Positions 46,847 to 58,100 of a stretch of 64,000 nt of DNA are shown here, piece after piece. Where the stretch lies: IMG/VR virus record IMGVR_UViG_3300021138_000001. One strand, given 5' to 3'. Below the pieces are notes generated by a model, which saw nothing but the letters and a program-made list of their open reading frames with translations, was not told where the DNA came from and made no database searches. Made by a program: the position numbers and the translations under genes. How positions within the stretch are numbered: position 1 is the first letter of the stretch; the number at the start of each line of letters is the position of its first letter. This DNA comes from a virus. Taxonomy: Duplodnaviria > Heunggongvirae > Uroviricota > Caudoviricetes.

Positions 46847-46886
46847 TATAGAGCAAGTCTAGTTTGGCGATTAGACTTGCTCTATA
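46847..46886. other. 15-bp perfect hairpin TATAGAGCAAGTCTA-(10 nt)-TAGACTTGCTCTATA without U-tract
   Basis: Seen directly; followed by CTTCCGAAAAAAA. Confidence 0.5.
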
Positions 46887-46957
46887 CTTCCGAAAAAAAC
46901 AGTTCTATTTGGCTATATTGTATTGGGTTCCCATACGAGATGCTTCGAGCGGTTTAG

Positions 46958-47215
46958 TTTTTCCATTTTTCCTTTTTCTATGGGTCCCCCCCAGGAAAAT
47001 ATAGGATTTCAATTTTCCATTTTTCCTTTTTCTATGGGTCCCTTTCAGAAAAGTATAGGGTCCCCCCTTTTCGTATACGGGTCCCTTTCAGAAAAGTATA
47101 GGGTCCCCCCCCACCTTATATTGGGTCCCCTTACGGGTCCCTTTCAGAAAAGTATAGGGTCCCTTTGATCCGTTCTACGGGTCCCTTTGATCCGTTTCAC
47201 GGGTCCCTCTCTCAG
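46958..47215. repeat. array of at least 10 GGGTCCC-core repeats organised as 30-bp x2, 29-bp x3 and 18-bp x2 direct repeats
   Basis: ttttccatttttcctttttctatgggtccc at 46959 and 47013; gggtccctttcagaaaagtatagggtccc at 47036/47079/47135; gggtccctttgatccgtt at 47157/47179. Confidence 0.7.
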
Positions 47216-47223
47216 GGTTTTAC

Positions 47224-47231
47224 TATAAATA
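47224..47231 (+). promoter_or_regulatory. T4-type late promoter box TATAAATA upstream of gp25
   Basis: Exact TATAAATA ~35 nt upstream of 47266. Confidence 0.45.
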
Positions 47232-47265
47232 AATACAGATTTCCTTTTCTCATCGGAGAACTTTA

Positions 47266-47676
47266 TTGTCTGTTTCTGCATTACAAGCAAATACCATATA
47301 TTCTGATTTTAACACAAACTTTAATGTTCATCCCATTAAGAAAGACTTAACACGTTTTACTAATGAGGAAGCCGTTAAGCGTTCTATCAAGAATATCATA
47401 CAGACAAATTTTTATGAGCGACCTTTTCAGCCTATGTTTGGATGTAATATACGAGCATACCTATTTGAGCTTATTACACCTATTACACTACAGCTTATTA
47501 AAAAAGATGTAACCGCAGCAATCAATAACTATGAACCCAGAGCAAATATTTTGGATGTAATTGTTTCAGTTGCTCCAGATAATAATCAGATTGCCGTATC
47601 AGTTACATTTTCTATCATAAATAGTCTACAGCCAACTACAGTAAATGCTACTGTTGCACTGAACGGGGTTCGTTAA
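47266..47676 (+). CDS. 25: gp25-like baseplate wedge protein (GPW/gp25 lysozyme-like family)
   Basis: 136 aa; pattern FYERPFQPMFGCNIRAYLFE typical of gp25/GPW. Confidence 0.6.
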   Translation: MSVSALQANTIYSDFNTNFNVHPIKKDLTRFTNEEAVKRSIKNIIQTNFYERPFQPMFGCNIRAYLFELITPITLQLIKKDVTAAINNYEPRANILDVIVSVAPDNNQIAVSVTFSIINSLQPTTVNATVALNGVR

Positions 47677-49433
47677 TGTCATCAAATTCTGCTCTTGTCG
47701 TATCTTCTCTAGATTTCGATACAATAAAAAATAATTTAAAGACTTTTCTCAAATCTCAAAATCAATTTGCCGATTACGATTTTGATGGTTCAAATTTATC
47801 AGTACTGATTGATTTGCTTTCATATAATACCTATATGAATAACTTCTATACCAATATGGCAATCTCTGAATCATTTTTGGATTCTGCACAGATTATGGAT
47901 TCCGTGGTATCACGAGCCAAAGAGCTTAACTATACTCCCAGATCATACTCATCAGCAGTAGCCTATATCGATTTTACAATTCAAGCAAATGATAGTCCCT
48001 CTGTAATTGTAGTACCAAAGGGAACAGCTTTTAATGCTCGTCTTGATAATAACATCTATACCTTTACCACAGATCAGAGCGTCCTAGTATATGATCACAA
48101 TAATTACTCAGCAGCCAATGTGGCAATCTATGAAGGCGTATACGTAACAGAAAGCTTTACAGTAGATTCATCAGTAACCCAACCACACTACATTCTGAAT
48201 AATTCACAGATTGATACATCCTCTCTCTCCGTCACAATTCAAAATTCTCAATCAGATACAACTACTGTGAATTTTGCACAGGCAACATCAATGCTTGGTT
48301 ATAATTCTACATCAACAATCTACTTTGTGCAAGCCACAAACAATGGAAAATATGAATTAGTATTTGGTGATGGAAATGTCGGCAAGGCCCTACTAAACGG
48401 TAATATAATTCAAGCAACATATAGAGTTGCTTCTGGATCAGATGCTACTAAGGCGATTAACTTTTCACCAGCATCTAGTATTGCTGGATATAGTACCGTA
48501 ACTGTTACTAGCAATACAGCAGCATTTGGTGGTGCAAATTCTGAATCAATTTCTTCTATCAAGTATAATGCACCTCGCCATTATCAAACACAAGATAGAG
48601 CTATTATTCCAGAAGATTATAAAACTATTCTTAAGGCACATTATCCAGACATTCGTGCTTTAAACGTATATGGTGGAGAAAAGATTTATCCTCCTCAGTT
48701 TGGTAAAGTATTCATCTCTATTGATTTTAGTAGTTTTGTAGGAATTCCTAATGTAATTGCTGCAGACGTAGTATCATTCATTAAAACTAAAATGCCTGTA
48801 GAAATGAATCCTGTTATTGTATCTCCAGATTATCTTTATGTTTCAGTTGTTGCTACAGCAGAATATAATATTAATATATCAGCATTAAGTCCGTCTGATA
48901 TTAAAGCAGAAATGATTTCTGCTATCAATGGATATAACAATGCAAGCCTAAACAATTTTGATATTACATTTAGACACAGTAAGTTGGCTGCAACAATTGA
49001 TAACGCAGATACATCAATTGTAAGTTCAAACCTAACAACTAATATGATTAAAAGAATTGTTCCTGCATTAAATACTACAGAACTATATACCATTAATTAT
49101 AACAATCCAATTGTTCCAAAAACTATGTACTCTTCACTTCTGACCTATAACAACATATCATCAATGTTGCAGGATCAAAATGGATTGGGTTATTTAGACC
49201 TTATTACAGTTTCGTCCGGGGGAAATATAACAACGGTACTTAGCTCAATTGGTACAATTGATTATTCATCAGGAATAGTTAATTTATCTTTACCAGCACT
49301 TTCAGATTATGTAGGAAATTACATCAGTCTTTATGTACAACCAACAATTTTGGATTTTGCTGCAATTAATAATACAGTTTTATTAATCGATCCTGCCGAT
49401 ATCAACGTATCAGTTACCGCAGTAAGAGCATAA
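47676..49433 (+). CDS. baseplate wedge protein (gp6/J-like)
   Basis: 585-aa ORF coupled directly after gp25-like gene. Confidence 0.45.
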   Translation: MSSNSALVVSSLDFDTIKNNLKTFLKSQNQFADYDFDGSNLSVLIDLLSYNTYMNNFYTNMAISESFLDSAQIMDSVVSRAKELNYTPRSYSSAVAYIDFTIQANDSPSVIVVPKGTAFNARLDNNIYTFTTDQSVLVYDHNNYSAANVAIYEGVYVTESFTVDSSVTQPHYILNNSQIDTSSLSVTIQNSQSDTTTVNFAQATSMLGYNSTSTIYFVQATNNGKYELVFGDGNVGKALLNGNIIQATYRVASGSDATKAINFSPASSIAGYSTVTVTSNTAAFGGANSESISSIKYNAPRHYQTQDRAIIPEDYKTILKAHYPDIRALNVYGGEKIYPPQFGKVFISIDFSSFVGIPNVIAADVVSFIKTKMPVEMNPVIVSPDYLYVSVVATAEYNINISALSPSDIKAEMISAINGYNNASLNNFDITFRHSKLAATIDNADTSIVSSNLTTNMIKRIVPALNTTELYTINYNNPIVPKTMYSSLLTYNNISSMLQDQNGLGYLDLITVSSGGNITTVLSSIGTIDYSSGIVNLSLPALSDYVGNYISLYVQPTILDFAAINNTVLLIDPADINVSVTAVRA

Positions 49434-49434
49434 C

Positions 49435-52395
49435 ATGGCATTAAATATTGAAAAAGATATTGCAAATCTAGTTCAAAGCCAATTTCCTGAGTTTTATTAC
49501 TCGGATGGACCAGAATTTGTTGCATTTGTTAAGGCTTATTATGAATTTTTAGATGCTGGTGGTTCAGAATCTAGAGAAATACTATCTTATAGAGATATAG
49601 ATACTACTTTAGATCAATTTGTATCGAAATTTCAAGCAGAATATTTAACAGGTATTCCAGCAAAGACTGCTGCATCAAAATCAACTCTTGTAAAACACAT
49701 TCAAGATTTATATAAGGCAAAAGGAAGTACAGATTCTTTCAAATTACTATTCAGTCTAGTATTTGGAGATGATATTGAAGTATATAATCCATTTACAGAT
49801 GTTATCAAGCCTTCTGATGGCATATGGCGTATTCCACAATACTTAGAATGTACTGTTTCATATAGAACCGTAGAATTTATTGGTACTCAAATTACTGGTG
49901 CTACTTCTGGAGCTACTGCTTTCGTAGAAAATATTACTCGAAAAAATATTAATGGTAGATTTATTGATGTTGTCTATCTTTCAAATATTGTGGGTGAATT
50001 CCAGACCAATGAATATATCACTAATACAAATAGTTTAATTGATGCTCCACAAGTAACTGGGTCTTTAAATAATATTATTATTACTGAAGGTGGTGCAAAC
50101 AATAAAATTGGTGACTTGTTTAATATTTATGGGCCTGAAGGTCTTGGTGGACAAGCTATTGTAAGAGCCACAATCTCTGGGACCGGAAAAGTTGCGTTTA
50201 ATTTAATTAATGGCGGATATGGTTATGAGACAAACTCTTCAATTCTTATATCTAATGCAGTAATTGGTTATGCCAATAGTACAGGAACAATTATTCCTCT
50301 TATGTCTGTTGTACAACCGCTTCAAAGTATATACTATCAAAATTTAAACGTTGGATCATTTGCAAATCTTTTGCCTGTAACCGGCTATAATTCTAATAAC
50401 CTATCACTTCCAGTAGCTACCGGATATGTTGTAGGCGTTCTTCCTATTAGTAATACAACAGGAAATTTAGTTATTAGTACAACAAGTGGTATCTGGAATA
50501 ATGCAAACGGAACTATTGTTGTTACTAGCAACAACGCAGTAAATGCAACTATTCATACATATTCTAATGTATCTGCTCATGCTACAGTTGTTGGAGCAAA
50601 CGTAGCATTTATGGGACTTTCTAGTATTTCTGGAACACTATACCCAGAGGCTTCATTGCTATTTTATATTGGTCAACCAGTCGGGCTTGTTACTACAAAT
50701 ACAAATACAAATATTGTAATGGGAAATACTGCTAATTTTACTTATCCACAAATAAATGCGGGTGATAATTTATATTTTAGAGCAAATAATGGATTTATTG
50801 GAGTAGTAAATTCAGTAACAAACTCCTCATATCTAACCCTTTTATCTAACTCAAATTATAATGTTTCTAATAATACTGTTTGGCGCACCTTTGTAACAGG
50901 AGCAGCCAATACTGGAGCAGTTTATAATACTGGTTCTGGAGCCACATTTAATATTGGTACATTAATAAACCAAGAAACAATTGTCTCGCAACCAGATGTT
51001 CTTATTGGAAACAATTCTTCTGCTATTGCAATTTTAGACTTACTAATTAGTGGAAGCAATTCTGGACAACCAACAAGAAGATTTTCTACAGCAAGCGGAA
51101 CAATTACTTGCAATACGGCAAATGTTATTGTTACGGGTTCTGGAACTCAATTTACAAACACACAACAAGGATTTGGCATTGGTAGTACGCTTAATGCACC
51201 TAATGGTTCTTCAGTAGGTATCATTAATACTATTGTAAGTAATACTATTTTATATCTATCATCTAATGCTTCTATTAATTTAACATCAAATCAATGTACT
51301 TGTAATACCACAGAATATGGATTTTCTGGAGATGGCACAATTGGTTATTTAAATGGTCTTATTATAGATGCATTAACAACTAATACAACTATTATTGGAA
51401 CTATACAATCTCTATCTGCAGTTAATCCGGGTTCCAATTATAATGCTGCACCATTTACATATATCTATGATAAAAATACCGCTGCATATAATTACAAAGA
51501 TGTATTTTTAGATCTTTCATCTACAAACTTTAATTTTAGTCCTGGCCAAGCAATTTTTGAACAAACAACAGTATCTTCTACATTATTAATATTACATACA
51601 AATAGCGGTGGATCATTTAAGGTTGGTGAAGGCATTATTCAAGCCACTACTGGAGCTACGGGTGTTGTAACAGCAAAAACCACAAATACATTGACTATAA
51701 CAGTATTATCTGGAACATTCTTAACTACATATTCTATTACTGGGCAATCTACACATACTACAGATACTGTAGATACTGTAACAACAACCTCTTCACCAGT
51801 TCTAGCTAAAGGATTGATTAAAAGCGTATCTTCCAATACAATTTCTGTGCGTAGACAATCATTTAATTATGCATTTAGTAATAATTCGCAAGTCTATAGC
51901 CAAGATTCTCTAGGAACTCGATTCGGTAATGGTTATATCAATACAGTTTCATCAGATTATACAAGTAATACTTGGATGGGATTCAATGCTGTAATTACTG
52001 ACAATGTGGTTACCGCTAATGCTATTGCTACTACATTACAAGTATTATCTTCTGGTTATGGATATCCTAATGGTGCTTCTCTAGTTCTTACTGGTGTAAC
52101 AAATGCTAATGCTCAAGATATTTTTGGTACCGCTAGTGTAGAACATCAGGGTATTGCAAATGGATATTGGGAAAATACAAACGGCCAATTAAACTCTAAT
52201 AAATATATTCACGACAACCAATATTATCAAGAGTATTCCTACGAAATTCAAACTAAACTATCATTGAACAAGTATTCTGATATGGTAAAAAAACTTGTTC
52301 ACGTTGCGGGAACCGAATTATTTGGTAAAGCAATTATTAAATCTGAATTAAACGCACCATTAAATACACCGGGGGTTAGTATTACAATATCATGA
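49435..52395 (+). CDS. large baseplate/tail fibre structural protein (gp7-like size)
   Basis: 986-aa Ser/Thr/Asn/Gly-rich beta-type ORF in structural operon. Confidence 0.4.
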   Translation: MALNIEKDIANLVQSQFPEFYYSDGPEFVAFVKAYYEFLDAGGSESREILSYRDIDTTLDQFVSKFQAEYLTGIPAKTAASKSTLVKHIQDLYKAKGSTDSFKLLFSLVFGDDIEVYNPFTDVIKPSDGIWRIPQYLECTVSYRTVEFIGTQITGATSGATAFVENITRKNINGRFIDVVYLSNIVGEFQTNEYITNTNSLIDAPQVTGSLNNIIITEGGANNKIGDLFNIYGPEGLGGQAIVRATISGTGKVAFNLINGGYGYETNSSILISNAVIGYANSTGTIIPLMSVVQPLQSIYYQNLNVGSFANLLPVTGYNSNNLSLPVATGYVVGVLPISNTTGNLVISTTSGIWNNANGTIVVTSNNAVNATIHTYSNVSAHATVVGANVAFMGLSSISGTLYPEASLLFYIGQPVGLVTTNTNTNIVMGNTANFTYPQINAGDNLYFRANNGFIGVVNSVTNSSYLTLLSNSNYNVSNNTVWRTFVTGAANTGAVYNTGSGATFNIGTLINQETIVSQPDVLIGNNSSAIAILDLLISGSNSGQPTRRFSTASGTITCNTANVIVTGSGTQFTNTQQGFGIGSTLNAPNGSSVGIINTIVSNTILYLSSNASINLTSNQCTCNTTEYGFSGDGTIGYLNGLIIDALTTNTTIIGTIQSLSAVNPGSNYNAAPFTYIYDKNTAAYNYKDVFLDLSSTNFNFSPGQAIFEQTTVSSTLLILHTNSGGSFKVGEGIIQATTGATGVVTAKTTNTLTITVLSGTFLTTYSITGQSTHTTDTVDTVTTTSSPVLAKGLIKSVSSNTISVRRQSFNYAFSNNSQVYSQDSLGTRFGNGYINTVSSDYTSNTWMGFNAVITDNVVTANAIATTLQVLSSGYGYPNGASLVLTGVTNANAQDIFGTASVEHQGIANGYWENTNGQLNSNKYIHDNQYYQEYSYEIQTKLSLNKYSDMVKKLVHVAGTELFGKAIIKSELNAPLNTPGVSITIS

Positions 52396-55100
52396 CTGTA
52401 GTCAGCAATACAAAATTATTTAATGTTAGAACCTCTATTGATTATTACAATCCTATTAAGGATATAGCGAATACTCAATATTACGTTTTTGCGGCAACTC
52501 CTGGTTCAGGTCTTGCACTAAACAAACTTTCTGGAACAGTAACTTGTAATACAGCAAATAATTTGGTAGCAACATCGGTCGATGTGTCTTCAAATATTTC
52601 AAATGGATATTATCTGTATCAGACTGATGCTGTATTATTAGGAACTGTCTTAACTGTCAATAGTACATTTATTACTCTTACTACACCAGCAACATCAAAT
52701 TTAATTACAAATAGCATATATTATGCAGTATCATCTCCAGCATTAATAAATGAATCAGTTAATAACGTAGAATATAATTTGTTTGAACAAATGATTTTTG
52801 GTAAAATTATTACACCATCAAATTTATCTATGATGATTAATAGATATGATTGGATATCTGGCACAGTTTATGCAAAATATGATGATAAAGATAATGATTT
52901 ATATTCAAAGAACTTTTTTGTATCATCATTTGATGGTACAAATTATAATATTTTTAAATGCATTGATAATGCTGGCGGTTCTCCTTCTACACATAAACCA
53001 TTACTTGTAGAAACTTCTGCTGTTGATGATTTATATACAAATCCTACAGATGGCTATACTTGGAAGTATATGTATACTGTAGATGGTACAACATATAATA
53101 ATTTTACTACAGCATCTTACATTCCAATCGTCGCTAATAGTATTGTTACTCAATTTGCTGTCAATGGCGCATTAGACTCGATTACTATAGATATTGGTGG
53201 TAATAATTATGTTTCTTATGCAACAGGATATTTTAATTCAGTTTCTGTTGGTGGTAATACGCAAGTATTAGCTCTAGCTAACGGGTCATCTGGTAATGTT
53301 GGATTCTATACTGGTTCTGCACTTTATATTAATTCTGGAACTGGTGCTGGTCAAATTCAGCCAATCATTAACTACCAAGTAACTCCAGACCAATATCTAG
53401 TAACAACACAAAATGCATTTAATCCTTTACCAGATTTTACTTCAAATTATACAATTGCACCAAATGTAGTTATTCTTGGGGATGGAACTGGCGCTAAAGC
53501 AATTTCTGTGGTTAATACTCAAAGCCAATCTATTTCTAATATTAAAATTATAGATAGAGGTTCTGGATATACCTACGCAAATGTAAATGTAATTGGTAAT
53601 ACAGGAAGTCTTGTTGCAAATAGTGCAGTTGCTAGAGCGATTATTTCACCCAGAGGTGGACATGGGGCAAATGTATATTCAGAATTAAATGCGAATAAAG
53701 TTGGTATCAGTGTTACCTTTTCCAATAATGAGAATGGTACAATTTCTACTAATAATGAATATTCTACAGTTGGTGTTTTAAAGGCTCCTTTATTTGCAAA
53801 TGTTCAATTGACTTATAATACTGCAAATGGAGCATTTAGTCCTGGCGAAAATGTAATTGAATATATTGGTTCCGTAAATACTTCTATGGACACTTACACA
53901 AGCCTTCTAAAACAATTTACCTATAATATAGGAAATTACATTACTATTAAAACAAATGAAAATTCTGTGGCCTTTGCAGTAAATACACAAATTTATCAAG
54001 TAACGCCTGCTGCAAATGGAACTGTTATTTTTGTAAATGCTAATACTGCAATCATAAGGCAAGATGTTGGAAATTTTGTTCCTACAGGGTCTATTTTAGC
54101 TTTAGCAAATAATCTACAAAATAATACAATATATTCAACTAATTCAGGATTTACAACTGCAGTATTTGGTTTAGATTCAGCAAACAATTTATTTGCCGCA
54201 AATAGTACAACTACAGTTTCAGTACAAATTAATGGAAAAAGTATTTTAAGTCATACAGTAGTTCCTTCAAATACTACGGCTCAAAACTATACATCAAATT
54301 CTACAGCAATTCAATTTTATAATACAACATTATCTAATACAGACGTTGTATCAATATCAGAATATATTACAACTACAATGTTATCAAATGTACAACATTC
54401 TGCTACCGGAACATTTATCACAAGTAATGGTACTGTTATGCAATTGACTAATGTAAAGGGCCAATTTATATCTAATAATACAATTTTAGGAGCTTTAACT
54501 TCTGCTACAGCAAATGTCACATTAGTATCTCAACCAACAACGGCATTCAACCAGACATTGAAGTTAACTGGGCAATATACAACAGTAAACCAGTTTTCTT
54601 TAAATCAATATGTACAACAAGGTCTTCCTGGAAATGGTGGAGCTTTTGGATACTTACAAGATATCAGACCAACTACTGGTTATGTAACATGTAATACAGT
54701 AAGTAATTTAGTTACTGGAACAAATACAAACTTTACTTCTATTGCAACTGGAAGCAAACTTAAAGTTACTGCAAATTCATTTTTAATTGGAACAGTGTTA
54801 AGTGTATCTAATGATACAACCATCACATTGACCAGTAATGCTACAGCAAACTTAACGAATACTTCTGTTACATTTACAGAATATGATTTCTATTTGATCG
54901 GTGTAAAAGGAACTTTTTATGTTGGACCAAATGACCAACTTCAGTCATCGGATGCAAGTATTATATCCACTGTTACAGGATTGAAAGCACCAGATTTGGT
55001 ACCATATACTGGTGAAATAATATATGCTGAAAATATTGTTCCTATTACTAGATCAAACAACCAAACCGAAACAATTAAATTGGTAATTCAATTTTTTTAA
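52392..55100 (+). CDS. large tail fibre/baseplate structural protein
   Basis: 902-aa ORF, overlapping start. Confidence 0.4.
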   Translation: MTVVSNTKLFNVRTSIDYYNPIKDIANTQYYVFAATPGSGLALNKLSGTVTCNTANNLVATSVDVSSNISNGYYLYQTDAVLLGTVLTVNSTFITLTTPATSNLITNSIYYAVSSPALINESVNNVEYNLFEQMIFGKIITPSNLSMMINRYDWISGTVYAKYDDKDNDLYSKNFFVSSFDGTNYNIFKCIDNAGGSPSTHKPLLVETSAVDDLYTNPTDGYTWKYMYTVDGTTYNNFTTASYIPIVANSIVTQFAVNGALDSITIDIGGNNYVSYATGYFNSVSVGGNTQVLALANGSSGNVGFYTGSALYINSGTGAGQIQPIINYQVTPDQYLVTTQNAFNPLPDFTSNYTIAPNVVILGDGTGAKAISVVNTQSQSISNIKIIDRGSGYTYANVNVIGNTGSLVANSAVARAIISPRGGHGANVYSELNANKVGISVTFSNNENGTISTNNEYSTVGVLKAPLFANVQLTYNTANGAFSPGENVIEYIGSVNTSMDTYTSLLKQFTYNIGNYITIKTNENSVAFAVNTQIYQVTPAANGTVIFVNANTAIIRQDVGNFVPTGSILALANNLQNNTIYSTNSGFTTAVFGLDSANNLFAANSTTTVSVQINGKSILSHTVVPSNTTAQNYTSNSTAIQFYNTTLSNTDVVSISEYITTTMLSNVQHSATGTFITSNGTVMQLTNVKGQFISNNTILGALTSATANVTLVSQPTTAFNQTLKLTGQYTTVNQFSLNQYVQQGLPGNGGAFGYLQDIRPTTGYVTCNTVSNLVTGTNTNFTSIATGSKLKVTANSFLIGTVLSVSNDTTITLTSNATANLTNTSVTFTEYDFYLIGVKGTFYVGPNDQLQSSDASIISTVTGLKAPDLVPYTGEIIYAENIVPITRSNNQTETIKLVIQFF

Positions 55101-55135
55101 TAAATAAATTATAGTTGATATTATAAAGGACCGCC

Positions 55136-58100
55136 ATGCCTCTGGATACTAATTTAAATGTTTCACCATTCTTTGATGATTTTTATGCCGCAAATGGTGC
55201 GCAAAATAACAATTATCATAGAATTTTGTTCAGACCTTCTGTAGCTATACAAGCGCGTGAACTAACACAACTACAAACAATTTTACAAAATCAGGTTGAG
55301 CGTTTTGGTGATAGTATTTTTGTTGAAGGTACGATTATTAAGGGATGCAACTTCCTTTATGATAACCAATACTATTATGCAAAGATTTCTGACACACGTA
55401 TTGATGGAGAACCAACAAATCCAGATCAATATGTTAATACTCGTGTAGTATGCCCAGCATCAAATCTACAAGCTATTGTAGTAAATTCCGTTCAAGGGTT
55501 ACAATCACAAGCACCAGACTTAAATACAATCTTTATTAAGTATATCAATTCGGGTAATGGGCAATCTCAATTTTCACCAACAGATACCTTAAATTTTTAT
55601 ACAAATACAAACCCTAATGATACAGCAAGTATTGTTACAGCATATTCAGTAACAATCGTCAATAATTCTATTTCGGGAAATAGTTCTAGTCCTGCTGTAG
55701 GAACTGGCTATTCCTTTAGAGTAACTGATGGTATTGTTTTCCAAAAAGGATTCTTTATTGATGTCGCAAACTCCACATCAGTAGTCGTATCTAAATATTC
55801 AAATGCACCAAATAATGTAGTAGTTGGATTTGATATCCAAGAGAATATTATTAATGAGTTGCAGGATAATTCATTATATGATAATGCGGCTGGATTTACA
55901 AACCAAAATGCTCCTGGCGCAGAACGCCTACAATTAATTCCAACTCTTGTTGTTGCAAATACAGATGCTCTTCCATCAAACAACTTTTTCTCTCTAGTAG
56001 AATGGCAAAATGGAAGTATTGTTCGTTCATCTCAACAAACCGAATACTCTTCTCTTGGACGCGAACTAGCCCGTAGAACATATGAAGAATCTGGAAATTA
56101 TGTGGTAAATCCGTTCTCATTGTCTACAGAATCTATTGTTGGAAACACAACAAGTCTAAATCTAGTAACCAGTTCTGGACTAGCATATGTAGATGGTTAT
56201 CGCGTAGAATTACTCAACAATCTAAGAATTCCAGTTCGCCAAGGAAATGATACCAGAACGGTATCTAATCAAACTTTGTCAGTATCTTATGGAAATTATG
56301 TTTTAGTTCAAGAATTTGTTGGTAATTTTGCATCAAATATTGGTGCTACAATATCTCTTCGTGATACTGCATTACAAGCATTAACAAATAATACATTTAC
56401 ACCAATATCTGCTGGGTCTGAAATTGGACAGGCTAAACTATTGGCTGTAGAATTAATATCTGGTATTGCTGGAACATATAATGCACAATATGCATTATAT
56501 CTAGGCGATATTACTATGAATTCTGGACAGAATTTTGCAAGTGTAAAATCAATTTATTATAGTGGAGCCACATCTGGTGCTGCGGACACCGTTTTGGTTG
56601 GTGGATTAGCAACATTAAATGAAACAAATTTTAGCAGTTTAGTATTCGACACAACTAAAATAGCACTCAAAACACTTAGAAACAATTCGATTAATAACAA
56701 CCAATATATTTACAGAACTATTTCTACCGGAGTAACTATTGCCAATACTGGTGTTATGGGGTCTATAAACAAAAGTGGCTCTGAGCAATTTGCTTATGGT
56801 TCTGGATCTTTAGATAGTATAGTAAAACAAAATATTTTAGTAATCCCAACTACTTCTGCGAATGTAGTGAATACAGGAATTTCGGGCACAGTTACCGCAT
56901 CAAATACTGCAGGGAATACTCAAGTTGTTGGTTCAAGCACACTTTTCACAACTACATATGCCATTGGTGATTATATTAATGTTAATGGTCAACCAAGACA
57001 AGTCGTTTCTATTTCTAATAATACTCTTTTAAATGTTAATGCACCATTTACTGGTGCGCAACCAACTTCAAATACACACAACAAGTATTATCCTGCTTAC
57101 GTTCCAATCCCAATTGCTTCAAGACCAACTAAAGTAAATATTGCATCATCTAATAGTATGACAATTACTCTTGTATCTGCCAATGGCGCACAAGAAACTC
57201 TGTCTTCAGCATTAACAGGAACAATCGTACACTATGATGTTCGAGTTAGTTCTGCGCCAGAAATCAGTAAGAAAGTAAATAATAATATTGTTGTTCTATT
57301 TGATACTGCATATAATAATCCAGGTTCAGGAACACTTTCATGTAATTTGACAAGCAATACAGTAACTGGAACTAACACATTCTTCCAAAGAGATGTATAC
57401 CCAGGTTATACTTTAAAGTTGGCAAATGGTTCTAGTGTTGGAACTGTCAATAGCGTTATTTCAAATACTTCATTAACATTGTCTACATCAAATGCTGCAA
57501 TTGCTGCAACAACAAATGCGTACACGTATACTGCTGTCAACGTATCAAATACAACTGGGCCTTGGGTTCTAGGTGTTCCCGATGCATATAAGATTAATGC
57601 AGTATATAAAGGTATTACCTTTGCAAATACATTAGTTTCTGGTGTAACAGATTCTACAACTTTATTTAGTCTGGATAGTGGACAAAGGGATGCTGTATAC
57701 GATCTATCGACTATCAATCTACGTCCAGGTTCTGGAGGATTTGTAAAATCGGGCGACAAAATTTCAGTCGTATTTAATGCATTCACTTCAACTACAGGCA
57801 CTGGTCATGGATATTTTTCAGTAGATTCATACCCAATTGATGATGCAAACACAGCTAATACATCAGCTATTCAAACAATTCAAATTCCAAGATATACATC
57901 AACTACTGGTCAAATATTAGATCTACGTGATGCTATCGATTTTAGGCCTGTAGTAAAAAATACTGCAGTATATGCGACTACTGTTGCAACAGCATCAATC
58001 AATCCACAAAATACTCAAACATTTTCTGGATCAGAACTTTATATCGCAACACCAAATCAATTATTCAAATATGACTCTCAATATTATCTTGGTCGTATTG

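Noticed and set aside
46958-47215. CRISPR array at the GGGTCCC repeat region
   Set aside because: Repeat units are heterogeneous (18-30 bp) with irregular short spacing and no spacer-like unique segments. No cas genes are present.
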